From Opitutus sp. GAS368 (GTDB lineage Bacteria > Verrucomicrobiota > Verrucomicrobiia > Opitutales > Opitutaceae), in assembly GCA_945861645.1 (NCBI GenBank), contig CAMAVZ010000006.1, positions 9,758-73,757 of the forward strand: DNA of 64,000 nucleotides. Direction: 5' to 3'. A model generated the notes under the pieces. That model saw nothing but the letters and a program-made list of their open reading frames with translations, searched no databases and was not told the DNA's origin. The translations under genes were made by a program, and so were the position numbers. This document shows positions 37,379 through 48,196 of this stretch, in pieces (position 1 is the first letter of the stretch; the number at the start of each line of letters is the position of its first letter).

Positions 37379-39802
37379 ATGGCCCGCTTTCGCCCCCGCC
37401 GCCGCACTTGGCTCATTTTAATCATCGGCCCCCTCCTGCTCGCTTTAGCCGCGCTTGCCTGGGGGCGCCGACAGATGCGGGGCAGCCTGGCCCAATTAGA
37501 CGGCGTTCAAACCGTGAGCGGTCTCGCCGCGGCCGTCACTATCACGCGCGATGCGCTAGGCGTACCCACGATTACTGGCGCTAGCCGCCGCGATGTCGCC
37601 CGTGCCACCGGCTTTGTCCATGCGCAGGATCGTTTTTTTCAAATGGATCTTTTGCGGCGGCGGGGCGCCGGAGAATTAGCGGAACTCTTTGGCCGCGCCG
37701 CGCTCCCCCTCGATCAAGAGGCGCGACGCCACGGATTCCGGCGGACGGCGGCGCAAGTACTGGCCCAGGCGAATCCAGCGGATCGCGACTTACTGCGTGC
37801 TTACACGGCAGGTGTTAATGCCGGACTCACCGCCCTCGCCAAAACACCGTGGGAATACCTGGCCCTTCGGCTCACCCCGCAGCCTTGGCGCGAAGAAGAT
37901 TCGGTGCTTTGCATTTACGCCATGTGGTTTGACCTCCAAGACCACAAAGGATCTTTCGAGCTTAACCGCGAAGCGTTGCGCGGAACCCTCGGCCAAGGGG
38001 CGCTCGATTTTCTCGCCCCGCGCGGCAACTCATGGGATGCCGCCTTGGATGGGAGTGTATTCCCCGTCGCGCCGCTACCGAAATTTGGTTTTAAACCTAA
38101 CGGGACGCCGACGCGAAGCGCCCGTCAGGCGCCAGAACCTGAATCGCGTTTCGTTCTCGGTTCTAATGCCTTTGCCGTCAGTGGCGCCCACACCGCCACC
38201 GGCGCCGCCCTCCTCGCGAACGATATGCACCTCGGCTTCGCTGTGCCGCACATTTGGTATCGCGCGGTATTACAGTGGACGGATGCAACCGGTCCGCGCC
38301 GCATCGTCGGGGTCACTTTACCCGGCACCCCGATCATGACTATCGGCAGCAATGGCCATGTAGCTTGGGGCTTCACCGATGCCTACGCCGATACGACGGA
38401 TGTCATCGTAACTGAAACTGAAGCCGTGGCGCAAACTTACTACCGCACCCCGCATGGTTGGGCCGAAATCCAAGACCGGCGGGAAGAAATTAAAATGAAG
38501 GGCGAAAAATCGGTACCGTTTATTGCCCGTTGGACCGATTGGGGACCGATTATTGCGGGGCCCAAAGAGGGCCGCTACCTCGTCTTGCGTTGGACAGCGC
38601 ACGATGCCGAGGCGACCAACCTCCGCCTGCGCGATATGGAAACAGTGCGCACGACAACCGAAGCACTGGCCGTGGCGCACCAAGCTGGTTTACCCAATGA
38701 AAATATCCTGCTCGCTGACGCCGACGGACAAATTGCTTGGACCATTATCGGTCGGGTTCCTCGGCGCGTGGGCTACGATGGCCGCTTGCCGGTCTCTTGG
38801 GCTTATGGGGACCGCCGCTGGGACGGCTGGCTAAAGCCCGAGGAAATCCCGGTCATCACGACGCAACCCCAAGGTCACGCCGCGGCTACCTTGGCAACTG
38901 AGGGAATTTTATGGTCGGGCAATAATCGCGCGGTCGGCGGCGCCGCTTACGCGCTACTGGGCGACAGCGGATATGATGATAGTCCCCGCGCTCGCCAGAT
39001 TCGCGACGATCTCCGAGCGTTACTGGCCTCAGGAAAAAAAGCGACCCCCGCCGATCTGCACGCGGTGCAACTCGATGATCGCGCGGTTTTCTTGGAACGC
39101 TGGCAGCAATTCTTTAATGAGGTGTTAACTGATGCGGTGATTGTCACCAATCCGGCCCTCGCTCAACTGCGCGCCACCGTGCGCCAATGGCAGGGGCATG
39201 CGAGCATTGACTCGGCCGCTTACCGGTTAGTTAAAAATTTTCGCGGCCACGTAGCGGAACGTGCGTTCGCACCATTCACCGAGCTCGCTGAAGCCAGCGA
39301 CACTCCGTTTAATTACCGCAACTTTATGTTTGAAGACGCGCTCTGGCAATTAGTGCACGAGCAACCGGCCCGCTTACTCAATCCCGCGCATGCTTCTTGG
39401 TCAGCTCTGCTGCTGGCGGCCGCGAATGATGTCCTCGCTGACACGCAAGCGGCCGGCCTAGCGTCAGCTGATTTCACCTGGGGCGAACGCAACCGCCTCG
39501 CCATGCAGCATCCCTTCAGCCGCATTCTGCCGGCATGGATCGCCCAATTCCTCAACCTTCCCGCGCAGCCGCTGCCGGGCGACAACGACATGCCGCGCGT
39601 GCAAAGTCCCCGCGCCGGCCAATCTGAACGGCTCGTGGTCTCGCCTGGCCGTGAGAGCGAAGGGATTTATACGATGCCGGGCGGCCAAAGCGGCCACCCG
39701 CTCTCTCCTTACTACCGCGCTGGTCATGAGGCGTGGGTGCGAGGCGAACCGACCCCATTACTACCCGGCCCGACCCAACACACCTTGATCCTGCAGCCCT
39801 GA
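37379..39802 (+). CDS. Penicillin acylase family (peptidase S45) Ntn-hydrolase
   Basis: RDALGVP, GFVHAQDRFFQMD, GSNAFAV nucleophile, LANDMHL, PGGQSGHP; ATG 37379. Confidence 0.95.
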   Translation: MARFRPRRRTWLILIIGPLLLALAALAWGRRQMRGSLAQLDGVQTVSGLAAAVTITRDALGVPTITGASRRDVARATGFVHAQDRFFQMDLLRRRGAGELAELFGRAALPLDQEARRHGFRRTAAQVLAQANPADRDLLRAYTAGVNAGLTALAKTPWEYLALRLTPQPWREEDSVLCIYAMWFDLQDHKGSFELNREALRGTLGQGALDFLAPRGNSWDAALDGSVFPVAPLPKFGFKPNGTPTRSARQAPEPESRFVLGSNAFAVSGAHTATGAALLANDMHLGFAVPHIWYRAVLQWTDATGPRRIVGVTLPGTPIMTIGSNGHVAWGFTDAYADTTDVIVTETEAVAQTYYRTPHGWAEIQDRREEIKMKGEKSVPFIARWTDWGPIIAGPKEGRYLVLRWTAHDAEATNLRLRDMETVRTTTEALAVAHQAGLPNENILLADADGQIAWTIIGRVPRRVGYDGRLPVSWAYGDRRWDGWLKPEEIPVITTQPQGHAAATLATEGILWSGNNRAVGGAAYALLGDSGYDDSPRARQIRDDLRALLASGKKATPADLHAVQLDDRAVFLERWQQFFNEVLTDAVIVTNPALAQLRATVRQWQGHASIDSAAYRLVKNFRGHVAERAFAPFTELAEASDTPFNYRNFMFEDALWQLVHEQPARLLNPAHASWSALLLAAANDVLADTQAAGLASADFTWGERNRLAMQHPFSRILPAWIAQFLNLPAQPLPGDNDMPRVQSPRAGQSERLVVSPGRESEGIYTMPGGQSGHPLSPYYRAGHEAWVRGEPTPLLPGPTQHTLILQP

Positions 39803-39863
39803 TATTTTTCTAATCATAGCAGAGCCTATCGCTAAATTACGGCGCCACTTTCCCCTCCCAACT

Positions 39864-40481
39864 ATGTCCCTCCACCTCCTGCCCCATCCGCTCGGCGCTC
39901 ATGTGCTGACGCATTTGCGCGACCAGACGACTAAGCCCGCCCTTTTCCGCACCCTCAGTTATCAAATCTCTCTCCTCCTCGCGCTTGAGGCTACCCGCGA
40001 TCTCGCCACGACGGATAAGCTGATCGCCACCCCCATGGAATCCACCACCGGTCGCGTGCTCGCGAAGCCGCTGGTGATTGTTCCTATATTGCGCGCAGGC
40101 CTCGGGATGCTGCAGCCGTTTCACGATATCTTTCCTGATGTCTCGGTTGGCTACGTCGGCTTGGAGCGCGATCATCAGACGGCCGTGGCACGCAGTTATT
40201 ATTGCAAGTTGCCGCCCCTCACCGCCGCGCGCGTCCTCGTCGTTGACCCGATGCTGGCGACGGGTGGTTCTGCGGTGCAGGCGATTGATATCGTCAAGGC
40301 GGCCGGCGGCACAGAAATTATTTTTGTCTGCATCGTCGCTTCACCTGAGGGGGTTGCCACTTTACAAAAAGCGCACCCAGAAATTCCCATTCACGCCGGC
40401 GCCCTTGATCGTGAGCTTAACCAAAAAAAATATATTCTCCCAGGCTTAGGAGATTTTGGCGATCGCCTCTACGGCACCTGA
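39864..40481 (+). CDS. upp: Uracil phosphoribosyltransferase
   Basis: PILRAG, VDPMLATGGS, YILPGLGDFGDRLYGT. Confidence 0.97.
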   Translation: MSLHLLPHPLGAHVLTHLRDQTTKPALFRTLSYQISLLLALEATRDLATTDKLIATPMESTTGRVLAKPLVIVPILRAGLGMLQPFHDIFPDVSVGYVGLERDHQTAVARSYYCKLPPLTAARVLVVDPMLATGGSAVQAIDIVKAAGGTEIIFVCIVASPEGVATLQKAHPEIPIHAGALDRELNQKKYILPGLGDFGDRLYGT

Positions 40482-40503
40482 CTCCGCGGCGTAAAAAATT
40501 CCG

Positions 40504-41298
40504 ATGAAGACGATTATGGTGCTCTCCCTCTGGTTGGCTTGCGGCCGCATGGTGACCGCCGCCGAGACGCAAACGGCCGAATCGTTCCACCGCACGATTA
40601 CCAAAAAGGTTGGTTACGAATATCTGCTAGCTCTCCCTAGCGGATATGATCCCGCCGCAGATAAAATGTGGCCGTTAATTATTTTTTTACACGGTTCCGG
40701 CGAGCGCGGTACCGACCTCTGGTTAGTGGCTAAACATGGTCCGCCCAAAATCCTGCGCGGAGAGCCCACGGCCCCGCACCTCAACGAGGCCGCCCGTAGG
40801 CTTCTCCGGACGCAATTTATCGTCGTCTCACCGCAGGGTCCGCCAGGAAAATCCTGGGACGACGATACGGTCGTGGCACTGCTCGATGCCGTGACCGAGC
40901 GCTATAAAGTTGATCCCCAGCGCAGCTACCTCACCGGATTGAGCCTCGGCGGCTACGGCACTTGGAGCGTGGGCCTCAAATATCCGGAGCGCTTTGCGGC
41001 GATCGTGCCGATTTGTGGCGGCGGCCAGCCCGTCGATGCCTGGCGATCAGCCGAGGCCAAAAGATCTAGCCTGCTGAGTTTGGGCATCTGGGCTTTTCAT
41101 GGAGCTAAGGATACCAGCGTGCCGCTGGCGGAATCAGAGCGCATGATCGCTACACTTAAGTCCGTGGGCCTAGCCGAGACGAAGCTCACCATTTACCCTG
41201 AAGCGGGCCATGATTCTTGGACCGAAAGCTACGCCGATCCGGAGCTCTATGCGTGGCTGCTCCGTCATCGCCGCGCGCCGCCGCCGATTATTCCTTAA
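40504..41298 (+). CDS. Secreted alpha/beta hydrolase (predicted peptidase/esterase)
   Basis: FLHGSGERG, GLSLGG nucleophile, HGAKD, GHDSW. Confidence 0.88.
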   Translation: MKTIMVLSLWLACGRMVTAAETQTAESFHRTITKKVGYEYLLALPSGYDPAADKMWPLIIFLHGSGERGTDLWLVAKHGPPKILRGEPTAPHLNEAARRLLRTQFIVVSPQGPPGKSWDDDTVVALLDAVTERYKVDPQRSYLTGLSLGGYGTWSVGLKYPERFAAIVPICGGGQPVDAWRSAEAKRSSLLSLGIWAFHGAKDTSVPLAESERMIATLKSVGLAETKLTIYPEAGHDSWTESYADPELYAWLLRHRRAPPPIIP

Positions 41299-41318
41299 TT
41301 AACTTCGGCCGGCCGCGC

Positions 41319-42773
41319 TTACGTCGCCGCCGCCGGAACCACAAACGGGGCCCGATACTGGCGCGTCAAAAGAGCATTCGCCGCCGCCGCCTCTGGGCCG
41401 ATAAAGCGTTCGCGCTTGGGGTCGATGGCCAGCGGCACCCCGAGGGTGAGTGACGCCTTTGCTAGGTCGACTTGGTTGCTCGCCAAATGCTCGACCATTC
41501 GACCGTGAGCCTCCGTGAGCAACGGCTGGCCCTGTAGCTTAGCCCGCGCCTCGCCGGCGACGACACTCTGGCCGAGTTGGTGAGAAATGTTACCAAGATG
41601 ACAAAGCGAGCTGGAAACATGCGCCTCCTCGAGGGGCCCATAAAGTTCCGCGGTCTTACGACTGCGCACGACATCGATAAAATTCTGCATCAAGCGGTCC
41701 GTGCCCTTGAACTCTTTCAGTAAGCGCCCATTCAAATCGTAGGCGGAAGCAGTAAAATAGGAGTCACTGACGATGTAGCCGTGTTCGCAATCAATCACGT
41801 TGCCGATCGAGACTCCCCGATATTTATCCATCGCGGCGCCATCGGCCCCCGGCAAGCCGCGCACCTCAAAAATTAAGGGAGCCGTCGCATAATCGTGAAT
41901 GACAATTTGGGTATTGGGCGTCTGGCCATCGTCAATATAACCCAGCCGACCGCCCACGCTGAGGGTGTGCCGCGGCAACCCAGCCTCGCCGAGGAACCAG
42001 CGCGCTATATCCATTTGGTGAATGCCTTGATTGCCAACGTCGCCATTGCCGTAGGCCCAGAACCAATGCCAGTCGTAATGCACGGGCCCATTTTTGGCCG
42101 AATTGCGCTGCGGCGCGATCAAAGGCGCCGGACCAGACCAGAGATCATAATTGATGTTGGCCGGGATGGCTTGTGGTCCCGTCACCTGGCCCAGGCTCGG
42201 GCGGCGCTTGTAACAAAAACCGCGTGCCGCAGTGACCTTGCCCAACTGACCTGACCGCACATAGGCGACTGCTTCAATGAGGCCCTCACTGGAACGAATC
42301 TGCGTGCCCGCTTGCACCACGCGCCGAGACTGATTGGCGGCAGCCACAAATTGTCGCCCCTCCCAGATATTGTGCGAAATCGGCTTCTCCATGTACACGT
42401 CCTTGCCCGCTTGGCAGGCCCAAATTCCCATGAGGGCATGCCAGTGGTTAGGCGTCGCCACCGAGATGACGTCAATATCGGGCGCCGCGAGTAACTCGCG
42501 AAAATCGGTGTAAGTTTTAATGCCCGCGCCTAACTCCTGCGCATTTTTTCTCAGGACCATAGCATCAACATCGCACAGGGCGACGACGCGTACGCCGGGA
42601 ACGGCATTAAGGTTTTTTACGTGCGACCGGCCGCGGCCATTGAGCCCCACCACGGCTGCGCGGATCGTATGATTAGCGCCTACCACCTGACCCCATGAGC
42701 GGGCAGATAAGGCCGCGCCGGCGGCCGCGAGCGTGGTGGTTTTTAGAAAATTACGTCGAGTAAGAAAGTGCAT
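41319..42773 (-). CDS. Tat-exported Gfo/Idh/MocA oxidoreductase
   Basis: TRRNFLK, ATPNHWH, YMEKP, GNQGIHQMD. Confidence 0.92.
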   Translation of the reverse strand: MHFLTRRNFLKTTTLAAAGAALSARSWGQVVGANHTIRAAVVGLNGRGRSHVKNLNAVPGVRVVALCDVDAMVLRKNAQELGAGIKTYTDFRELLAAPDIDVISVATPNHWHALMGIWACQAGKDVYMEKPISHNIWEGRQFVAAANQSRRVVQAGTQIRSSEGLIEAVAYVRSGQLGKVTAARGFCYKRRPSLGQVTGPQAIPANINYDLWSGPAPLIAPQRNSAKNGPVHYDWHWFWAYGNGDVGNQGIHQMDIARWFLGEAGLPRHTLSVGGRLGYIDDGQTPNTQIVIHDYATAPLIFEVRGLPGADGAAMDKYRGVSIGNVIDCEHGYIVSDSYFTASAYDLNGRLLKEFKGTDRLMQNFIDVVRSRKTAELYGPLEEAHVSSSLCHLGNISHQLGQSVVAGEARAKLQGQPLLTEAHGRMVEHLASNQVDLAKASLTLGVPLAIDPKRERFIGPEAAAANALLTRQYRAPFVVPAAAT

Positions 42774-42790
42774 AGGGTGGGATTTTAAAA

Positions 42791-43801
42791 TTATTGGCCG
42801 GCCGCATATTCGGCGTAATGGGCAGCGACTTGTGCCTCGGTTTCATTACCGAGATGGAAATAAAAACGATAACGTAATGTTAAGTGGCCGCCAGCGGGGA
42901 TGGTATAATCACCAAGATGAGGTTGATCTTTACGTCCCTCAAAATCGTGTTGGCCAAAAGGATTAGCCGCAAACAGACCGTAGCCCCGCGCCATCCACCA
43001 GGTAGGGTGACGCAAATTTTGCGGATGATCAAAGATGGCGACGCCATAAACTTTGCCGGCATGAGGAGCGTAAAAATCGCACCACGGCGCGCGTTGACCC
43101 CACGCGGCGGCATCGCGCGCCCCCGTCGCAGCGACAATGTGGCCATTACCGGGGAGCTGGCGCTTCTCGTACTGGTGCGGCAGCGTCATCCATTGCGCGA
43201 GCCGAATGGCCATCGTACCGTCTTTGTTGTCACCCAATAACAGCGGCGCATCCGGCAGGGCCTGCAACGTAACCTCGTAGTCGATAAATCTTCCCGACGC
43301 CGTGCCGTGAAAACGCAGCGTCCGCTCATCGCGACAAATTAACCGGCCATCGGGTGCCACCAAATGGTTTCGCGCGCGCAGCACACCGATCGCTCCACTG
43401 GTCGTCTCGACCAAACCGACCGACACGGTCCGCCCTTTTTCTTTGGGTGATTTACCCATATCGCCCCCAGCTTCATTCCAAAAATCAACCCCGTTGACCA
43501 TGCTATGCGCAAACCACAAGGAGCGGTGCCATGGATGATCACGGTCCTCCCCCGGCGTTTGCTTCATGGGAAAATCGCGCGTCAGCCCCTGACCATCAAC
43601 CGCAAGAATTGGATAACAATAGGGCCGCGAGGCCCCATCACCGTGGACGTATTCGGTGAAGAGCTGGCCCGCTATTTCTACCCGTACGCGATCGGGCAAA
43701 GCAGTCAGCGTTACCACTTGCGCCGGCTCGGCGCCCAACAAGCAGGCGGGCGATAAACTCAAGCCAGCCAATAACACAAGCAGGGGTAACCAGTGTTTCA
43801 T
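42791..43801 (-). CDS. Secreted 'PmoA family'/DUF6807-type protein
   Basis: RPYCYP, DHPWHRSLWFAH, FDHPQN..PTWWMARGYGLFAANPFG; ATG 43801. Confidence 0.75.
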   Translation of the reverse strand: MKHWLPLLVLLAGLSLSPACLLGAEPAQVVTLTALPDRVRVEIAGQLFTEYVHGDGASRPYCYPILAVDGQGLTRDFPMKQTPGEDRDHPWHRSLWFAHSMVNGVDFWNEAGGDMGKSPKEKGRTVSVGLVETTSGAIGVLRARNHLVAPDGRLICRDERTLRFHGTASGRFIDYEVTLQALPDAPLLLGDNKDGTMAIRLAQWMTLPHQYEKRQLPGNGHIVAATGARDAAAWGQRAPWCDFYAPHAGKVYGVAIFDHPQNLRHPTWWMARGYGLFAANPFGQHDFEGRKDQPHLGDYTIPAGGHLTLRYRFYFHLGNETEAQVAAHYAEYAAGQ

Positions 43802-43938
43802 CACCTCACGCAAATGTGCCGTGGCCTGCGCCGCAACGGCAAAGCACCGCAAGCGTTACAACTGCCTAGACCGCAATTCATGAGGGCCGTCCATTTTTTC
43901 GTGTTCAACAAGGCAATTCACAGGCAAATTCCTCTCGT

Positions 43939-44832
43939 ATGATTATTGAGCGCCCAGGTCTGATCGTAGCCGACGGCTGGAAAGACTACCAATTGCTTGA
44001 TTGTGGCCAAGGGATGAAACACGAGCAGTGGGGTCCTTATACTTTGGTGCGGCCCGATCCGCAGATTATTTGGCCGCGCCCGAGTAAACAGGCTCGCTGG
44101 GAAAATTGGGACGGCTTTTACCACCGCAGTGAAACCGGCGGCGGCAAATGGGAATTTCGCCAGAAATTACCCGAGCACTGGAGCATCAACTATGGCACCC
44201 TGACTTTTAAGATTCATCCCACCAGCTTTAAACATACCGGTCTTTTCCCAGAACAGGCCGTTAATTGGGACTGGTTTACTGCAAAAATTAAAGCGGCGCG
44301 CGCCGCCGGTCGCGAAGTCAACGTTCTCAATCTTTTTGGTTACACCGGGGCCGCCACGATCGCCGCCGCGGCCGCGGGCGCCAGTGTCTGCCACGTCGAT
44401 GCGGCCGAAGGCATGGTTAAATGGTGCAAAGAAAATGCGGTGCTCTCCGGCCTCGCGGATGCGCCCATCCGCTACATTACGGATGATTGCCTCAAATTTG
44501 TCCGCCGCGAAATCAAACGGGGCCGCAAATATGATGCGATCATTATGGATCCGCCCACTTACGGACGGGGTAGCACGGGAGAAATGTGGAAGCTCGAGGA
44601 TCATCTCTGGGAGTTGCTCAATGAGTGTAAACAAGTTCTCAGTGACCAACCGGTGTTCTTTCTGATCAACGCCTATACCGCTCGGCTTTCCCCCACCGTC
44701 GTCGTTAATCTACTCGCCGCCTTGCTGGCCGGTGCCGGCGGCCATCTTTCGGGGGGCGAAGTCGGGCTACCCGTTCAGCAAGATAAGAAAATTTTGCCGT
44801 GCGGCATCTTCGGCCGCTGGTCAGCCCAGTGA
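43939..44832 (+). CDS. SAM-dependent methyltransferase (RlmI/RlmK-like)
   Basis: HTGLFPEQ, LNLFGYTG, IMDPPTYG. Confidence 0.88.
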   Translation: MIIERPGLIVADGWKDYQLLDCGQGMKHEQWGPYTLVRPDPQIIWPRPSKQARWENWDGFYHRSETGGGKWEFRQKLPEHWSINYGTLTFKIHPTSFKHTGLFPEQAVNWDWFTAKIKAARAAGREVNVLNLFGYTGAATIAAAAAGASVCHVDAAEGMVKWCKENAVLSGLADAPIRYITDDCLKFVRREIKRGRKYDAIIMDPPTYGRGSTGEMWKLEDHLWELLNECKQVLSDQPVFFLINAYTARLSPTVVVNLLAALLAGAGGHLSGGEVGLPVQQDKKILPCGIFGRWSAQ

Positions 44833-45758
44833 GCCCACCTTGCAAAATTGGGGTCGATGGTGGTGGCACTAAGACCGAGTGCATTCTGCTTAATGCGGAA
44901 GGGGCCATCATAGCCCAACACCTTGCGCCCGGTTGCAACCCTAGCCAAATTGGGCCGGCGTCCGCGCGGGCAATCTTAACCGAAGCCCTCGCCGCCCTAT
45001 TGCTCAAAGCAAAAGCCGGCCAAGCCTCCCTTACCGTCACGAGTACATTACTTTGCATGGCGGGGAATCGAACTTTCTGGCGAGAAACTGCCGATACTTT
45101 AACTAACCTCGGTGTAATCACGACCTGCGATGATTCGCGGCCTGTCCTTGAACTTGCCACGCACGGCGCGCCGGGGCTCGCTCTCCACGCTGGCACCGGT
45201 TCTTTTATTGCCGCCCGCGCCCCCGATGGATCGATTCACTATGCCGGTGGCCTCGGCTGGAAATTGGGCGACCCCAGTAGCGGCTATGATCTCGGTCGCC
45301 GGGCGATCGCTTTAGCCATGCTGGAACTACAAAATCCACCGCCGGCCACTGGGCTTAAATATTCACCGCTCGTTACCGCCTTGCAGGCGCACACCGGATT
45401 AACGACGGCCTCTGATCACTCGCTTTTCTTTTATAACGATCCGGCGGCCAACGCCCAAATTGCCGCCTTCGCTCCGCTGGTTATCGCGCTAGCCACTCAA
45501 GATTGTGGACCTGCTCAACAAGTGCTCGCTGACTCCCTCACTGATCTCGCGCGCCAAGCTGATGCCGTGATTCACCAACTTTTCCCGCAACCGATTACTA
45601 AACTTCCTTGCGGTGTCAGTGGCCGCATCCTCAACAGCGTCCCCGCCAGCTTCGCCCTGCGTTCACTCGCGAGTAAACTTAATTGGCCGGTGGAATTACA
45701 ATTTATCACGACCGCTCCGATCGAGGGCGTGCGGCAGATGCTGCTGGCTGGGCGCTAA
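44829..45758 (+). CDS. BadF/BadG/BcrA/BcrD ATPase family (N-acetylglucosamine-kinase-like)
   Basis: GVDGGGTKT, AGTGS, GGLGWKLGD; GTGA overlap. Confidence 0.87.
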   Translation: MSPPCKIGVDGGGTKTECILLNAEGAIIAQHLAPGCNPSQIGPASARAILTEALAALLLKAKAGQASLTVTSTLLCMAGNRTFWRETADTLTNLGVITTCDDSRPVLELATHGAPGLALHAGTGSFIAARAPDGSIHYAGGLGWKLGDPSSGYDLGRRAIALAMLELQNPPPATGLKYSPLVTALQAHTGLTTASDHSLFFYNDPAANAQIAAFAPLVIALATQDCGPAQQVLADSLTDLARQADAVIHQLFPQPITKLPCGVSGRILNSVPASFALRSLASKLNWPVELQFITTAPIEGVRQMLLAGR

Positions 45759-45778
45759 TTTCTTATCACCCTAATCGC

Positions 45779-46195
45779 ATGTGGTGGCTCTATGCACTTC
45801 TTTCGGCGGGGTTCGCGGCCCTCACCGCTCTCTTGGCTAAAGTTGGCGTGCGCGGCGTCGATTCCCACGTGGCTACCGCTGTCCGAACAACCGTGGTGCT
45901 CGTCCTCGCCTGGGGCCTGGTTGCGCTGCAAGGTAATCTCAGCCTAGTCGCTGGCCTCTCGCGCACCTCCCTTTGGTTTTTATTTTTTTCCGGCGCCGCC
46001 ACCGGAATTTCTTGGTTATTTTATTTCCGCGCCCTGCAACTCGGCCCCGTTTCGCTCGTCAGTGCGGTAGATAAACTGAGCTTAGTTTTCGTCCTACTTT
46101 TTGCTGTATTACTTTTTAAAGAGCCCCTCAGCCTGCGCGCGGCGGTAGGATGCGGCTTAATTTTGCTCGGCACCGCCCTGGTGGTGTGGCCGTGA
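45779..46195 (+). CDS. EamA family small transporter
   Basis: YALLSA.FAALTA.LAKVG, SWLFYFRALQ, DKLS. Confidence 0.88.
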   Translation: MWWLYALLSAGFAALTALLAKVGVRGVDSHVATAVRTTVVLVLAWGLVALQGNLSLVAGLSRTSLWFLFFSGAATGISWLFYFRALQLGPVSLVSAVDKLSLVFVLLFAVLLFKEPLSLRAAVGCGLILLGTALVVWP

Positions 46196-47103
46196 ACTCG
46201 CTCGCTGCCAGTTACTCGGTCCTCGAGGTAGCCGACTGGGGCAAGCGCCGCGCCCTCCACGAGCAGCGGGTGCGTGCGTGGACCGACCCGCACCAAGCCC
46301 GAACCGCGCGCGGTGAAAAACATCCGGTCTACGATTTTCTTTTCGAATACTATCGGTTTCGCGCCAGCTGGCTGCGGCGCTGGCATCCCGGACCTCACTT
46401 TGTACTCGCTGGTGCAACCGCGCAGGAATTTCTTCGCTGGCCAGAATATCACGCAGTCGAGGGCGGCGTAGCCCTCAACGCCGCCGCCCTCGAACCCCAC
46501 CGACGCGAGAGCTTAACCTGGATGGTTAACCTGCTGCGGCTCACGGCGGAGCGGCCGCCCCAATTCGCCTGCTTCGGCCTCCACGAGTGGGCGATGGTGT
46601 ACCGGCAGACCCCTGACGAAGTGCGGCACAATGCCTGGCCCTTGCGCTTTCCACCCAACGAACTCGCCCGCTTCGTCGAGGCTCAACCGATCTGCTGCTC
46701 CCATTACGATGCCTTCCGTTTTTTCACCACCCCTGCGCGGTCGCTGAATAAATTACAGCCGACGCGCGCGGAAACCTCGGGGTTTGAACAGCGGGGCTGT
46801 CTGCATGCGAATATGGATCTCTATAAATGGGCCTTTAAATTCGCCCCGTTTATCCCGAGCGAACTGATCGCTGACTGCTTTGCGCTCGCGCGCGACATCC
46901 GCGAAATCGATATGCGCGCCAGTCCCTACGACTTCGCGCCACTCGGTTTCCCCCCTATCCGCATTGAAACTCCGGATGGCCGGACCGAATACGAGACCCA
47001 CCAACGTGATTTCGCCACCCGCAGCCAACCGCTGCGGGCGCGACTGATCGCAATAGGTGCATATTTGGCAGAAGCGAGTAGCCCGGCGCCTCGGTCAGTA
47101 TAA
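46192..47103 (+). CDS. Conserved protein usually annotated 3-methyladenine DNA glycosylase-like
   Basis: KHPVYDFLFEYY, CFGLHEWAMVY, CSHYDAFRFF, GCLHANMDLYKW, DMRASPYD. Confidence 0.75.
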   Translation: MNSLAASYSVLEVADWGKRRALHEQRVRAWTDPHQARTARGEKHPVYDFLFEYYRFRASWLRRWHPGPHFVLAGATAQEFLRWPEYHAVEGGVALNAAALEPHRRESLTWMVNLLRLTAERPPQFACFGLHEWAMVYRQTPDEVRHNAWPLRFPPNELARFVEAQPICCSHYDAFRFFTTPARSLNKLQPTRAETSGFEQRGCLHANMDLYKWAFKFAPFIPSELIADCFALARDIREIDMRASPYDFAPLGFPPIRIETPDGRTEYETHQRDFATRSQPLRARLIAIGAYLAEASSPAPRSV

Positions 47104-47215
47104 AGTCACTCAATTTCGCCCCAGGCCCATTTGATCGGCCTGCTTCCATAAAAAAGGTGGAACTCGCTCAGCTATTTCTCTTTGGTTTATTTATAACCCC
47201 TGCCCCTCCCTCCCC

Positions 47216-48196
47216 ATGAAGAATTGCTGGTATAAAATCCTCCTGCTGCTTGCCTGTTCTACCGCCGCCATTTGGGCGGCTAATACCTACACCATCGCCG
47301 TTATCCCTAAGGGCACGACGCATGAATTTTGGAAATCCATCCACGCCGGCGCGGAAAAGGCCAAGCTCGAGCTAGCCGCCCAAGGCATCACGGTAAATAT
47401 TATCTGGAAAGGTCCGCTTAAGGAAGATGACCGCGAACAACAAATCCAGGTGGTGGAAAACTTCATTGGCCGCCATGTCGATGGGATCGTCCTTGCCCCA
47501 CTCGATAATAAAGCCCTCGTCGCTCCGGTCGAGACCGCCGCGCGAGGCAAAATCCCCGTAGTCATCATCGACTCCGCGCTCTTGACCAAAGCCATCACCA
47601 GCTATGTATCCACCGACAACCGCGAGGGCGGCCGGATCGCAGCGCGCAACCTCGGCCGCCTCCTCGAGGGCAAGGGCAAGGTGATCATGCTCCGCCTCCA
47701 GGTCGGCTCCGCCAGCACCGAGGAGCGCGAGGAAGGATTTCTTGAGGTTATGAAAAAGGATTTCCCGGCTATTAACCTGCTCTCGACTGATCAGCACGCC
47801 GGCGCCACCCGCGATACGGCCAAGAGCGCCGCCGAAAATCTCCTGAGCCGTTTTGGGCGCGAAGTTACCGGCGTTTATGGCTGCAATGAATCGACCACCG
47901 CGGGACTCCTCCTCGCCCTCCGCGACGCTGGCCTCGCCGGTAAAGTAAAATTTGTAGGCTTCGACTCCGGCGAAACGCTCAACGCCGGACTCAAGGCTGG
48001 CCACATCGACGGTCTCGTCGTCCAGAATCCTCTCAATATGGGTTATCTCGGGGTCAAAACTGTTGTTGCTGCCCTACGCGGGGAAAAAGTGCCGGCCCAG
48101 ATCGACACCGGGGTGGGCTTTGTGACCCTCGCTAACTTCGATGATCCCTCCATGGCGGACATCGTCCATCCGCCGCTCGATAAGTATCTGAAATGA
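47216..48196 (+). CDS. Sugar ABC transporter substrate-binding protein (RbsB-like)
   Basis: IPKGTTHEFW, TDNREGG, VGFDS, VVQNP. Confidence 0.92.
   Translation: MKNCWYKILLLLACSTAAIWAANTYTIAVIPKGTTHEFWKSIHAGAEKAKLELAAQGITVNIIWKGPLKEDDREQQIQVVENFIGRHVDGIVLAPLDNKALVAPVETAARGKIPVVIIDSALLTKAITSYVSTDNREGGRIAARNLGRLLEGKGKVIMLRLQVGSASTEEREEGFLEVMKKDFPAINLLSTDQHAGATRDTAKSAAENLLSRFGREVTGVYGCNESTTAGLLLALRDAGLAGKVKFVGFDSGETLNAGLKAGHIDGLVVQNPLNMGYLGVKTVVAALRGEKVPAQIDTGVGFVTLANFDDPSMADIVHPPLDKYLK

Noticed and set aside
42791-43801. Methane monooxygenase, from the 'PmoA family' label
   Set aside because: Soluble secreted protein, no pmoCAB context
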